A stretch of 15,439 nt of DNA from Verrucomicrobia bacterium UBA1211 (GTDB taxonomy: Bacteria > Verrucomicrobiota > Kiritimatiellia > RFP12 > UBA1067). The position numbers and the translations under genes were made by a program. The stretch spans positions 1-15,439 of the forward strand of contig DBXN01000137.1 in the NCBI GenBank assembly GCA_002309585.1. The letters run 5' to 3'. Below are positions 7,571 to 14,153 of the stretch, piece after piece; position 1 is the stretch's first letter, and each line of letters starts with the position of its first letter. The notes beneath the pieces were generated by a model that did not search any database, had not been told where the DNA came from, and worked only from the letters and a program-made list of their open reading frames with translations.

Positions 7571-8989
7571 TTACTCTTTACGCTGATGATAACGTCCGGC
7601 TCTGTACGGAACGCCAGCCACCTCAACCGACATTCCCGGTACGATCTTTCGCCCAGAAACCAAGAAACACTTTCCATTCCAAACCCAGTCACATCCCCCG
7701 CACGGAACTTTTCGGCTGACAATGGCGACAACCTGTTCGTCCAACCCGTCATCACGGACAAGCGTGAAACCGGAAATCAGGCCGTCGTCACAGATGAAAA
7801 GTTCCAACGTGAATCCCACAACCCCCTCCGGATAATTCGGAGCCTTCGCGCCAAAAGTCAGGTGTGAGACACCCCGGGGAATAACCATCCCGCCCGGGCC
7901 GACCTCATTCCCCTCCACCTGGACACCCCAGGTGGACGGCTCCCCTTCCATTCCGTCAAAGATCCGCAGTCTTCTCCCATCAGAGACCGTGAGCCTGAAG
8001 TGGCGGCGGGAAAGACACATCGATCGGCTCTTATCCATCTGATGACATTCACGGTCAAACACCCGGACCACGTAATCACAGGTGTCGTGACGGCCGCAGA
8101 CCATTGTCTCGTCGGAGCCCAACGCCCACAGTTGGATCATTTTCCCCGCACCCGTCAACGTCAGTCGGGGGGCGCCCCCCTCAAGGTCGACCGCCAACTG
8201 ATGCGTCACCGCCCGCGACTGCTCAACCCGCGGATCCCGCAGATTGATCCCGCTCACGGCCGGCGAATGGTACTGGAGCAAACTCGCGCCCGCCCCGTTC
8301 ACTTCCACCTTCGTATCGATAGTGATGCTGTTTGGGCTGGCGTGATCCAGCACCCGAACGGGGAAAACCGCGCTGAACACATCCGGATCATCCATCCCGT
8401 CCCGTACGCAGAAGAAGCGCACCGTCAACTCAACGGTTCCCGCAACCTTCGGACAGACATTCAGAGGGAAAGTCAACCGCTCCGTGGTGGGCCGGTAACC
8501 CAGCGGATGGCGCTGCACCTCATTCGGCCCGTTGAAAAGCGCCACCGTCACATCGGCATAGAGATCCTCCACCGCCTGGAACACAATCTTGACCGGCGAT
8601 GACCACCCCTTCCACATGGTTTCTGGGAACGTCACCGTCGCACCGAAGGGCATTCCATCCGGGATTTCCACCGGCGGCGCCACCGACGCGCCGAAGGGCG
8701 GATACCCCGTCATCCCGCCGAACGGTGCGATCGGATCAAGCGGCCGCAACGGCGGCAGGTTCGCGGGAGCCGCCGGGTTGAACCCGGAGGGCGCTCCCGC
8801 AGGAGGAGCCGCGGGTTGCGGACACGCGCGTTGCGCGACATCCGGCACGGGCGCGGGGGCCGGCGCGGGCACAGCGACGGGCTCCGGCTCGCAGAGCCGC
8901 CCCGCCGCCGGGCCGCAATTCTCGCAAAAGGTGCCGACCTCGCCCAGCAACCCGCAAAGGGGACATTTGACTTCCGCCATGCGAACCAT
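7571..8989 (-). CDS. Zinc-ribbon / Pro-rich linker / beta-rich middle domain / C-terminal FHA domain protein
   Basis: N-terminus CPLCG...CENCG. FHA-like region GRHDTCDYVV..SRRHFRLTVSDGRRLRIFDGMEGEPSTWGVQVEGNEV (GR...SRxH...D..StnGt.vng pattern). The SD AGGAAGGA abuts ATG 8989, so the in-frame ATG at 8980 (MAEVKCPLCG) may be the true start. Confidence 0.75.
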   Translation of the reverse strand: MVRMAEVKCPLCGLLGEVGTFCENCGPAAGRLCEPEPVAVPAPAPAPVPDVAQRACPQPAAPPAGAPSGFNPAAPANLPPLRPLDPIAPFGGMTGYPPFGASVAPPVEIPDGMPFGATVTFPETMWKGWSSPVKIVFQAVEDLYADVTVALFNGPNEVQRHPLGYRPTTERLTFPLNVCPKVAGTVELTVRFFCVRDGMDDPDVFSAVFPVRVLDHASPNSITIDTKVEVNGAGASLLQYHSPAVSGINLRDPRVEQSRAVTHQLAVDLEGGAPRLTLTGAGKMIQLWALGSDETMVCGRHDTCDYVVRVFDRECHQMDKSRSMCLSRRHFRLTVSDGRRLRIFDGMEGEPSTWGVQVEGNEVGPGGMVIPRGVSHLTFGAKAPNYPEGVVGFTLELFICDDGLISGFTLVRDDGLDEQVVAIVSRKVPCGGCDWVWNGKCFLVSGRKIVPGMSVEVAGVPYRAGRYHQRKE

Positions 8990-8996
8990 ATCCTTC

Positions 8997-11198
8997 CTAC
9001 TTCACGAGGTTGATTGAAGGCGGCGGAGGAGGCGGGGGCGTCTGCGTCTGATTGATCACGTTCACCGGACGCTCCACCGCGCGGGCGGCGATATCATGAA
9101 GCATCCGCATCGTCTCCTCATCATGGGCGACCCGCTGGTCAGTCATGCGCTTCATCTCTTCGACAAGCTTGTCATGCTGGGCGACCTCGGCCGCGGCTTG
9201 CGCGGAAGCCGCCTGGGCTTCCGCCTGAGCCTTGGCCGCGAGAGCCTGCGCGGCAGTCGCCGACCGTCCCGCCTCCCGGGCCAGAAGCTGCTCCGCCGTC
9301 ATCCCCTTCTCCGCCTCAAGCCGCGCCTTCTCCAACTCCTGCTCCTGCTGGAACCGCGCCAGTTCCATCAGTTGCCGCCGCTGTTCCGGGTCCTTCTCCA
9401 GCGCAGCCATCTCCACCGGGCTGAGGCCCTTAATCACCGTTGCAAGGCTCTCCCGTTCCTTGGCGTCCAACTCCTGAAGCCGCGCGAGATTCTTGAGCTG
9501 GTTCTCCATCCCCTCCTGTGCGATCTCCTGGGCGGTCCGGGTTTCATAGTTTTTGACGTCGATCCCGGTTTTCGCGACCGTCGCGTCGGCTTGGGCATCC
9601 TTGATCCGATCGGAACGGTGGATGTCTCCGATGCCCGACTGGTGCTCAGCGTCTTTCCGTTCTTCATCCCGCAACACGTCACTGACCGCGCTCTTCCCCT
9701 GCGCGGTGGCGAGCGACTCGGCGATCTCATGTTCCCGGATACGGCTGTCCTTCTCGAACCGATGGTCAAGCTCGCGGCGTTCCCGCTCAAACTGGTGCTC
9801 AAGCTCCGCAAATTCACGATCATGTTCCCGCGACAGCTTCGCCAGCTCCTCCTCCGCTCCCTTGGCATCGATTTGCCCATCGGCGGCCATCCGCGCGATC
9901 TTCAGCTCGACCTCGCGGGAGAGATCGGAAAGTCCCTTCTCCTGCGCCAGTTGCTTGATGTACTCCTCGGAATCCTGGGCGCGCCGGGCCGCCTCGCGCT
10001 TCCGCCGCTCCTCCAGATCCGCCTGATCCCGTTCGGAATCCGCCGTAATGACCAGTTCACGGTAACGCTCCGCCTCGGACTCCGCGCGCTGCGTCAGCTT
10101 ATGCTCGCGACTCTCGCGCTCCTCGTCAAGGATGTGCTCATGCAGTTTCTTATCATATTCCAGCTGACGGCGCTTTGCGTCCAGCTCGCCGTACCGCTTA
10201 CGCATCTCCTCGTATTCGGCGCTGACGAAATCGACATATCCCACCCGCACCAGCTCAAGGCCGGAGCGTTTCAGCAGATCCTTGAGCGCGCGCCCGATCG
10301 CATCCTCAAACCGGGGTCTGCGTTCCGGATCTTTCACCAGATCTTCGATCTTCGACTGCAGGCAGAGATCCTTCACCGCAGCCGAAGCCTCGGACAGCAG
10401 CCACGTCCCGATATCTTCCGCGAAAAGTCGGTTCGCCCGGTCCTGCCCCGTGCCGTCCGTCCCGGCATCCGGCTGCCCCGCGCCGCCCGACGCCTGAACA
10501 CCCCGTTCCGATTTCATCACATTGGCGAGGAACGCGTTCGCCTCACCCGGATTGAAACGGATCGTCACCTCCGCGATGACCTTGACCGGAAGCTCCTCGG
10601 CAGTCCTCATTCCCGGGAAATCCACCCGAAAAACGCAGTCGCCTGAATCGACCATCACCACACTGTGCGGCGGCGGATTGCCGAACCAGTTGATGGTCCG
10701 GAGCGTCCCCTCCGGGTTGTGCCGCCCAGGCCCCAAAATCGCCGCCTTCTTCCCGGCATCCAGAAGGATCGCCACCGTCCCCTCCTGGATTTTGAGTCCG
10801 CCCTTGGCGATGCCCGTCACGTCGGAAAGCTCAATCCGCTGGGCGAAAACGCCCGGATCGCGGTCCCAGACCCCGCCGGCGAGATTCGGCCGCTCTTCGG
10901 GATGAAGCGGATAGTTGCAGTGCGGGCAGAAGCGGGAATCGTTCCCGACCCATGCGTGGCAGGAGGGGCACTTCACCCAGCCGTTCGGCGCCCCGTGTCC
11001 GCATTTGGAGCAGAACCGCGCCTTCTTGGAGACCGAATGCCCGCAAATCCCCCAGCCCTTCTGGGCGAGCACGGATTCCTTGTTCCATCGCGACGCGCCA
11101 AGCAGCAGCGTCTTCGCCTCATCCAGCTTCGCACCCGTGAGCGCCTGCCCCGTCTTCAAATCAACAATCGCCTCGCACGTATCATGAAAGAGTCCCAT
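8997..11198 (-). CDS. Double zinc-ribbon / SPFH (band-7) domain / long flotillin-like coiled-coil protein with a poly-Pro C-terminus
   Basis: N-terminus CSKCG..CPSCH..CPHC. SPFH-like segments IQEGTVAILLDAGKKAAILGPGRHNP...VDFPGMRTAEELPVKVIAEVTIRFNPGE and RALKDLLKRSGLELVRVGYVDFVSAEYEEMRK. Then ~400 aa of charged coiled coil with flotillin-like EA repeats (AKAQAEAQAASAQAAAEVAQ), ending TPPPPPPPS. SD AGGAGAA upstream. Confidence 0.7.
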   Translation of the reverse strand: MGLFHDTCEAIVDLKTGQALTGAKLDEAKTLLLGASRWNKESVLAQKGWGICGHSVSKKARFCSKCGHGAPNGWVKCPSCHAWVGNDSRFCPHCNYPLHPEERPNLAGGVWDRDPGVFAQRIELSDVTGIAKGGLKIQEGTVAILLDAGKKAAILGPGRHNPEGTLRTINWFGNPPPHSVVMVDSGDCVFRVDFPGMRTAEELPVKVIAEVTIRFNPGEANAFLANVMKSERGVQASGGAGQPDAGTDGTGQDRANRLFAEDIGTWLLSEASAAVKDLCLQSKIEDLVKDPERRPRFEDAIGRALKDLLKRSGLELVRVGYVDFVSAEYEEMRKRYGELDAKRRQLEYDKKLHEHILDEERESREHKLTQRAESEAERYRELVITADSERDQADLEERRKREAARRAQDSEEYIKQLAQEKGLSDLSREVELKIARMAADGQIDAKGAEEELAKLSREHDREFAELEHQFERERRELDHRFEKDSRIREHEIAESLATAQGKSAVSDVLRDEERKDAEHQSGIGDIHRSDRIKDAQADATVAKTGIDVKNYETRTAQEIAQEGMENQLKNLARLQELDAKERESLATVIKGLSPVEMAALEKDPEQRRQLMELARFQQEQELEKARLEAEKGMTAEQLLAREAGRSATAAQALAAKAQAEAQAASAQAAAEVAQHDKLVEEMKRMTDQRVAHDEETMRMLHDIAARAVERPVNVINQTQTPPPPPPPSINLVK

Positions 11199-11212
11199 TT
11201 CCGTTCTCCTGT

Positions 11213-11569
11213 TTACTGATGTTGGTCATTTCCCGTTAAAGTGTGTTCCGTGCACTTCCGCACGCCCCGTCGCGTCCAGCAGTCGAAGCAGATCGGTTTC
11301 CCGCATCCCTCCTCCGTGCATCCCTGCCGAAGCGACCCGTTCGACCGGTAGAACGTCCCGCATACGCTACAGACGCCCCCTTCGGCCGCGGTCCGTTTAC
11401 TCCGTTCCAAATACCCGTCAAGATCGCTCTTCGCCACACGATACAGCTTACCCAGCCGCGCCGCCGGCAGCTCCCCGCTCCGGACCAGCCTGTAAATGAG
11501 CTGATAGGTGACACCCAGCATCTCCGCCACCTCCTCAAGGCTCATGTATCCCGTCTCTTTCCCATCCAT
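11213..11569 (-). CDS. Excisionase/MerR-type HTH DNA-binding protein with a C-terminal zinc ribbon (putative regulator of the cluster)
   Basis: MSLEEVAEMLGVTYQLIYRLVRSGELPAARLGKLYRVAKSDLDGYL matches the excisionase-family HTH. C-terminal zinc ribbon CSVCG...GCTEEGCG..C..C...C. Perfect SD AGGAGG lies 5 nt upstream of ATG 11569. It is the first gene after a promoter-like region. Confidence 0.8.
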   Translation of the reverse strand: MDGKETGYMSLEEVAEMLGVTYQLIYRLVRSGELPAARLGKLYRVAKSDLDGYLERSKRTAAEGGVCSVCGTFYRSNGSLRQGCTEEGCGKPICFDCWTRRGVRKCTEHTLTGNDQHQ

Positions 11570-11587
11570 CGCATCCTCCTATCGGTC

Positions 11588-11613
11588 CTTTGATGGTTAT
11601 GACTTTATCAAAG
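11588..11613. promoter_or_regulatory. Candidate operator: 7-bp perfect inverted repeat ctttgat-N12-atcaaag overlapping the -10 region of the HTH gene
   Basis: ctttgat at 11588-11594 and atcaaag at 11607-11613 (8/8 except one position if extended). It sits between the predicted -10 and the transcript start of the HTH gene. Confidence 0.45.
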
Positions 11614-11668
11614 TTACTTTCTGATGTCAATTAGGTATTTTATTTTATTTTTGTTTATTTTTGTTTTA
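11602..11668 (-). promoter_or_regulatory. Sigma70-like promoter for the HTH-led operon: A/T-rich UP-like element, -35 TTGACA, 17-bp spacer, -10 TAAAGT
   Basis: On the minus strand, TTGACA is the reverse complement of 11625-11630. A 17-nt spacer (rc 11608-11624) leads to TAAAGT (rc 11602-11607). The upstream 11636-11668 is an A/T-tract block (ttgtttattt repeats), unusual in a ~65% GC sequence. The leader is ~25 nt to the SD/ATG. Confidence 0.5.
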
Positions 11669-11672
11669 CAAC

Positions 11673-11699
11673 CTTGCAACCCTTCAAGGGGGTTGCAAG
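11673..11699. repeat. REP-like palindrome cttgcaaccc-ttcaagg-gggttgcaag (10-bp perfect stem)
   Basis: Read directly from the sequence. It shares the GCAACCCC/GGGGTTGC core with the palindrome at 12855-12881 on the other side of the RAYT gene. No U-tract follows on either strand. Confidence 0.55.
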
Positions 11700-11703
11700 C
11701 AGG

Positions 11704-12708
11704 TCACACCGAGTGTTCCATATACACAACCCCCTCACCACCCCCTCGCCCAACCTGGTTACCACCCCCTTGAGGGGTTGTAACATACACCGTCCGCCCC
11801 CCCTCATTCCCCCGTGCAATCGCGGCCGCGATGTAATTGAGCCCCAACAGCTCGCCGCGCCGCGGCGGCTCATCCGGATCGGCCATCCGCGAAAGGACCA
11901 GCAACCGTTTCTGAGCGAAGAGTTGCGGCTCGACCCCATGCGGCCGGTATGCCAAATCCAAAAAAGTCGGCGCGAGCCGGATCATCGGTACGCCATCCGT
12001 TTCCGACAACGTCTTGAACACCATTCGCTCGCCCGGCGAGAAGAAGGTGGAAATGTAGAGATACCCCTTCTCCACCGCGCCGCGGCGGCACACCGCGACC
12101 ACCCGCGGTAACGCCGCCTCCGGCACCTTCCGCGAAATGCGGAGCGACACCAGACGTCCCTTTTCCAGCAGGTCACAGTTCCCCACCGCGCGCCAAAGAT
12201 CATCCTCCCCCGCCTCCGGCACGGCAAATGGCTCGACCACATGCATCAGTGATCGGTCCCCATGCATCAACCACCATTTGAGCGGGTTGTTTCGAATGTA
12301 GGCATCCACCGCACGGTTCATGCGTTCCGATGTGCAGATGAGATCGTGGTAGCCCGCCTCCCAAATGCCCGGCGCACGCCCGGCAATGTGGTAGTGGGAA
12401 AACTGCTTGAAACGACCGACGAACGCGCCGATCTTCTTCACGGCATCAGCGCACCCCGCCGGCCAAGTGAAACGGAGATGCGCATGGTCGGGCATGACCG
12501 TCCAGGCACGAAGGGTGATGAATCCCGCGAAATGACCCGCTGCTTCGAGAAGGTCACGCTTCACGATCCCGCCCGCCTCCGAAAGCGCCACGCCATCGTG
12601 ATCCACACGGCCAAACAGCGGGCGGCGCGGTTCGAGGCAGATCGTCACAAACATCGATCCCCCGCGCGCATAGTCATACCCGCTGAATCTCCGGTGTGTC
12701 TTGTGCAT
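11704..12708 (-). CDS. REP-associated tyrosine transposase (RAYT / IS200-like Y1 HuH transposase) with a C-terminal extension
   Basis: MHKTHRRFSGYDYARGGSMFVTICLEPRRPLF (RAYT N-terminal signature), HuH motif MPDHAHLRF, catalytic Tyr motif AVDAYIRNNPLKW. Start placed at ATG 12706-12708. The 59 codons upstream of it in the track ORF are encoded by the tandem repeat array and are judged non-coding. The 3' boundary is uncertain; a core of ~165 aa is followed by ~170 aa of unknown function. Confidence 0.8.
   Translation of the reverse strand: MHKTHRRFSGYDYARGGSMFVTICLEPRRPLFGRVDHDGVALSEAGGIVKRDLLEAAGHFAGFITLRAWTVMPDHAHLRFTWPAGCADAVKKIGAFVGRFKQFSHYHIAGRAPGIWEAGYHDLICTSERMNRAVDAYIRNNPLKWWLMHGDRSLMHVVEPFAVPEAGEDDLWRAVGNCDLLEKGRLVSLRISRKVPEAALPRVVAVCRRGAVEKGYLYISTFFSPGERMVFKTLSETDGVPMIRLAPTFLDLAYRPHGVEPQLFAQKRLLVLSRMADPDEPPRRGELLGLNYIAAAIARGNEGGRTVYVTTPQGGGNQVGRGGGEGVVYMEHSV
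11765..11780. repeat. Small palindrome cccccttgaggggttg, related in reverse orientation to the 11673-11699 REP-like element
   Basis: cccct-tg-agggg with a flanking ggttg. It approximates the reverse complement of the first palindrome (caacccccttgaagggttg). It lies inside the 3' end of the RAYT ORF. Confidence 0.35.
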
Positions 12709-12740
12709 CACCCACGCGCCCTTTTCCCACTGCCGTTGTT

Positions 12741-12881
12741 CCAACCCGCGCGCACCCCCCCGCGCCCAACCCGCGCGCAACCCCCTCGCACCCAACCCGC
12801 GCGCAACCCCCTCGCGCCCAACCTGCGCGCAACCCCCTCGCGGGGCCCAACCTGCGCGCAACCCCCTCGCGGGGTTGCGCG
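12741..12881. repeat. Tandem array of about five 26-bp REP-like units (cccaaccYgcgcgcaaccccctcgcR). The last copy forms an 11-bp perfect-stem palindrome (12855-12881).
   Basis: Copies at 12741-12764 (degenerate), 12765-12790, 12791-12816, 12817-12845 and 12846-12881. Last copy cgcgcaacccc-ctcgc-ggggttgcgcg. The array begins 1 nt after the kinase stop codon (12882-12884). There are no unique spacers, so it is not CRISPR. Confidence 0.7.
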
Positions 12882-14153
12882 TCATCCCGTAACCGACCGC
12901 GCCGAGATCTGCCCGGTAACCCTATTGGTCGATAGGATGATCACGGGGGCGTCCACTTGAATGCCAGCCCGCCCCCAGGCCATCTTGAATGTCAGCCGAT
13001 CGCCGCGCGGCACCTTCACCACGATCTTCTCATTGCGCCCCACTTTCCCGATGCACACCCCGTTATGGTAAACCGAGACGGCGGGCGGAAACAGGTACCA
13101 CTCCCGGTAGCCATAGATGGTGACGGAGATCTCCTCCGCCAATTCCCCGCGACGCGGCGGATCGGAACGGGAAATGTCCACGCCCTCCCTCGGCGCCGGC
13201 GGCGGCACGTCCGGCACATCATACGGGACCGCTTTCCGAGTCTCAACAACCGCCGCCGACTCTCCGGAGACGATATCCAGACAGCTCGCCGGCCGGTCCT
13301 CCGGGCGCTTCATGAGCCCCCGCATGACGGCGGTGGCGAAGGGCGTGGCGGAGGGCAGGGGCGGAGGCGGCTCGTTCTTGATCTGATCCTCGATCGCGCC
13401 GCGCCAAAAGGGCGGATGCCCGGCAAGGCACTCATACGCCATCGCGGCGAAGGAGTAGATATCCTGACCCTTCGCCGGGGCGGAACCCCGCAGCTGCTCG
13501 GGCGACATGTAGGTGAGCGTCCCGCTCGCGGACTGCCCCGTCACCCGCGTCATCGACTCCTGCGCCTCCCGGGCGATCCCGAAATCCAGAACGAACGGAT
13601 GCCCGTCGCGCTTACGGATCATCACGTTGGCGGGCTTGACGTCACGGTGGACCACCCCCTCGCCGTGCGCGTAATCGAGCGCGGCGGCGACAGGCGTGAG
13701 GATACGGATCACATCGGCTTCCGGCAGCCCCTGGGTGCCATCCGTTCCCCGCTTGTCCGCCATAGCTTTAGCGAAGGCGGATTCCCCATTCCCCGTTCCC
13801 CATTCCCCAAGATAGTCGTCCAGCGTCTGGCCCTCCACGTAGTCCATCACCAGGAAGGGGTTGCCGCTGTTCTCCTCGAAGGCTCGGAGCGTCACAATGT
13901 TGGAATGCGAAAGTTTCAGCGAGACCAGCGCTTCCGCCTTCAGCTGCGCATAGGCCCGTTTGTTCGCGACCAGGATACTTGGCAGCATCTTGATCGCCAC
14001 GGGCCGGTTGTCCAGCTGCGTGTCCTCCGCCAGCCACACCGAACCCATCCCGCCCTGGCCCAGCTGCCGCACCGCGCGGTACCGCCCCGCCAGCAGAGTC
14101 CCTTGGGCGCCGCCGCCCATCGTCACGTCATCGTTGATTGTATCGTAGGTCAT
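12882..14153 (-). CDS. Ser/Thr protein kinase (Hanks-type) with a C-terminal ~120-aa beta-rich extension
   Basis: GQGGMGSVWLA, VAIKML, HRDVKPANVMI, DFG, TLTYMSPE and a Pro-rich linker, followed by a beta-rich C-terminal domain. The ATG at 14151-14153 overlaps the stop of the upstream ATPase gene (ATGA). Confidence 0.9.
   Translation of the reverse strand: MTYDTINDDVTMGGGAQGTLLAGRYRAVRQLGQGGMGSVWLAEDTQLDNRPVAIKMLPSILVANKRAYAQLKAEALVSLKLSHSNIVTLRAFEENSGNPFLVMDYVEGQTLDDYLGEWGTGNGESAFAKAMADKRGTDGTQGLPEADVIRILTPVAAALDYAHGEGVVHRDVKPANVMIRKRDGHPFVLDFGIAREAQESMTRVTGQSASGTLTYMSPEQLRGSAPAKGQDIYSFAAMAYECLAGHPPFWRGAIEDQIKNEPPPPLPSATPFATAVMRGLMKRPEDRPASCLDIVSGESAAVVETRKAVPYDVPDVPPPAPREGVDISRSDPPRRGELAEEISVTIYGYREWYLFPPAVSVYHNGVCIGKVGRNEKIVVKVPRGDRLTFKMAWGRAGIQVDAPVIILSTNRVTGQISARSVTG

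Larger units (their letters stand above)
11673..12881 (-). mobile_element. REP/RAYT unit: RAYT gene bracketed by related REP-like palindromes (3' side 11673-11699 and 11765-11780; 5' side tandem array 12741-12881)
   Basis: Established organisation of tnpA_REP loci (RAYT flanked by REP/BIME). The shared palindromic core is seen on both flanks here. Confidence 0.5.

Noticed and set aside
7555-7761. 69-codon N-terminal extension of the lipoprotein ORF, overlapping the FHA gene 3' end
   Set aside because: The lipoprotein signal peptide with lipobox starts at the internal MKK (7554) with its own RBS. The extension overlaps the end of the FHA CDS.
9096-10646. 516-aa plus-strand ORF
   Set aside because: Antisense to the coiled-coil region of the SPFH/flotillin-like gene. 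The translation is Leu/Arg-rich mirror-image low complexity.
11673-11699. Intrinsic terminator downstream of the RAYT gene
   Set aside because: A perfect 10-bp stem, but the following tract on the minus-strand transcript is A-rich rather than U-rich, and no gene is present on the plus strand. It is more consistent with a REP element.
12741-12881. Possible CRISPR array
   Set aside because: The units are directly tandem with no unique spacers, and the unit length is 26 bp. This fits a REP/BIME-type array, not CRISPR.
12709-12885. 59-codon N-terminal extension of the transposase ORF (ARGLRAGWAPRGG...)
   Set aside because: It is encoded entirely by the 26-bp tandem REP-like array and is low-complexity periodic sequence. 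The RAYT signature starts at the internal Met (12708).
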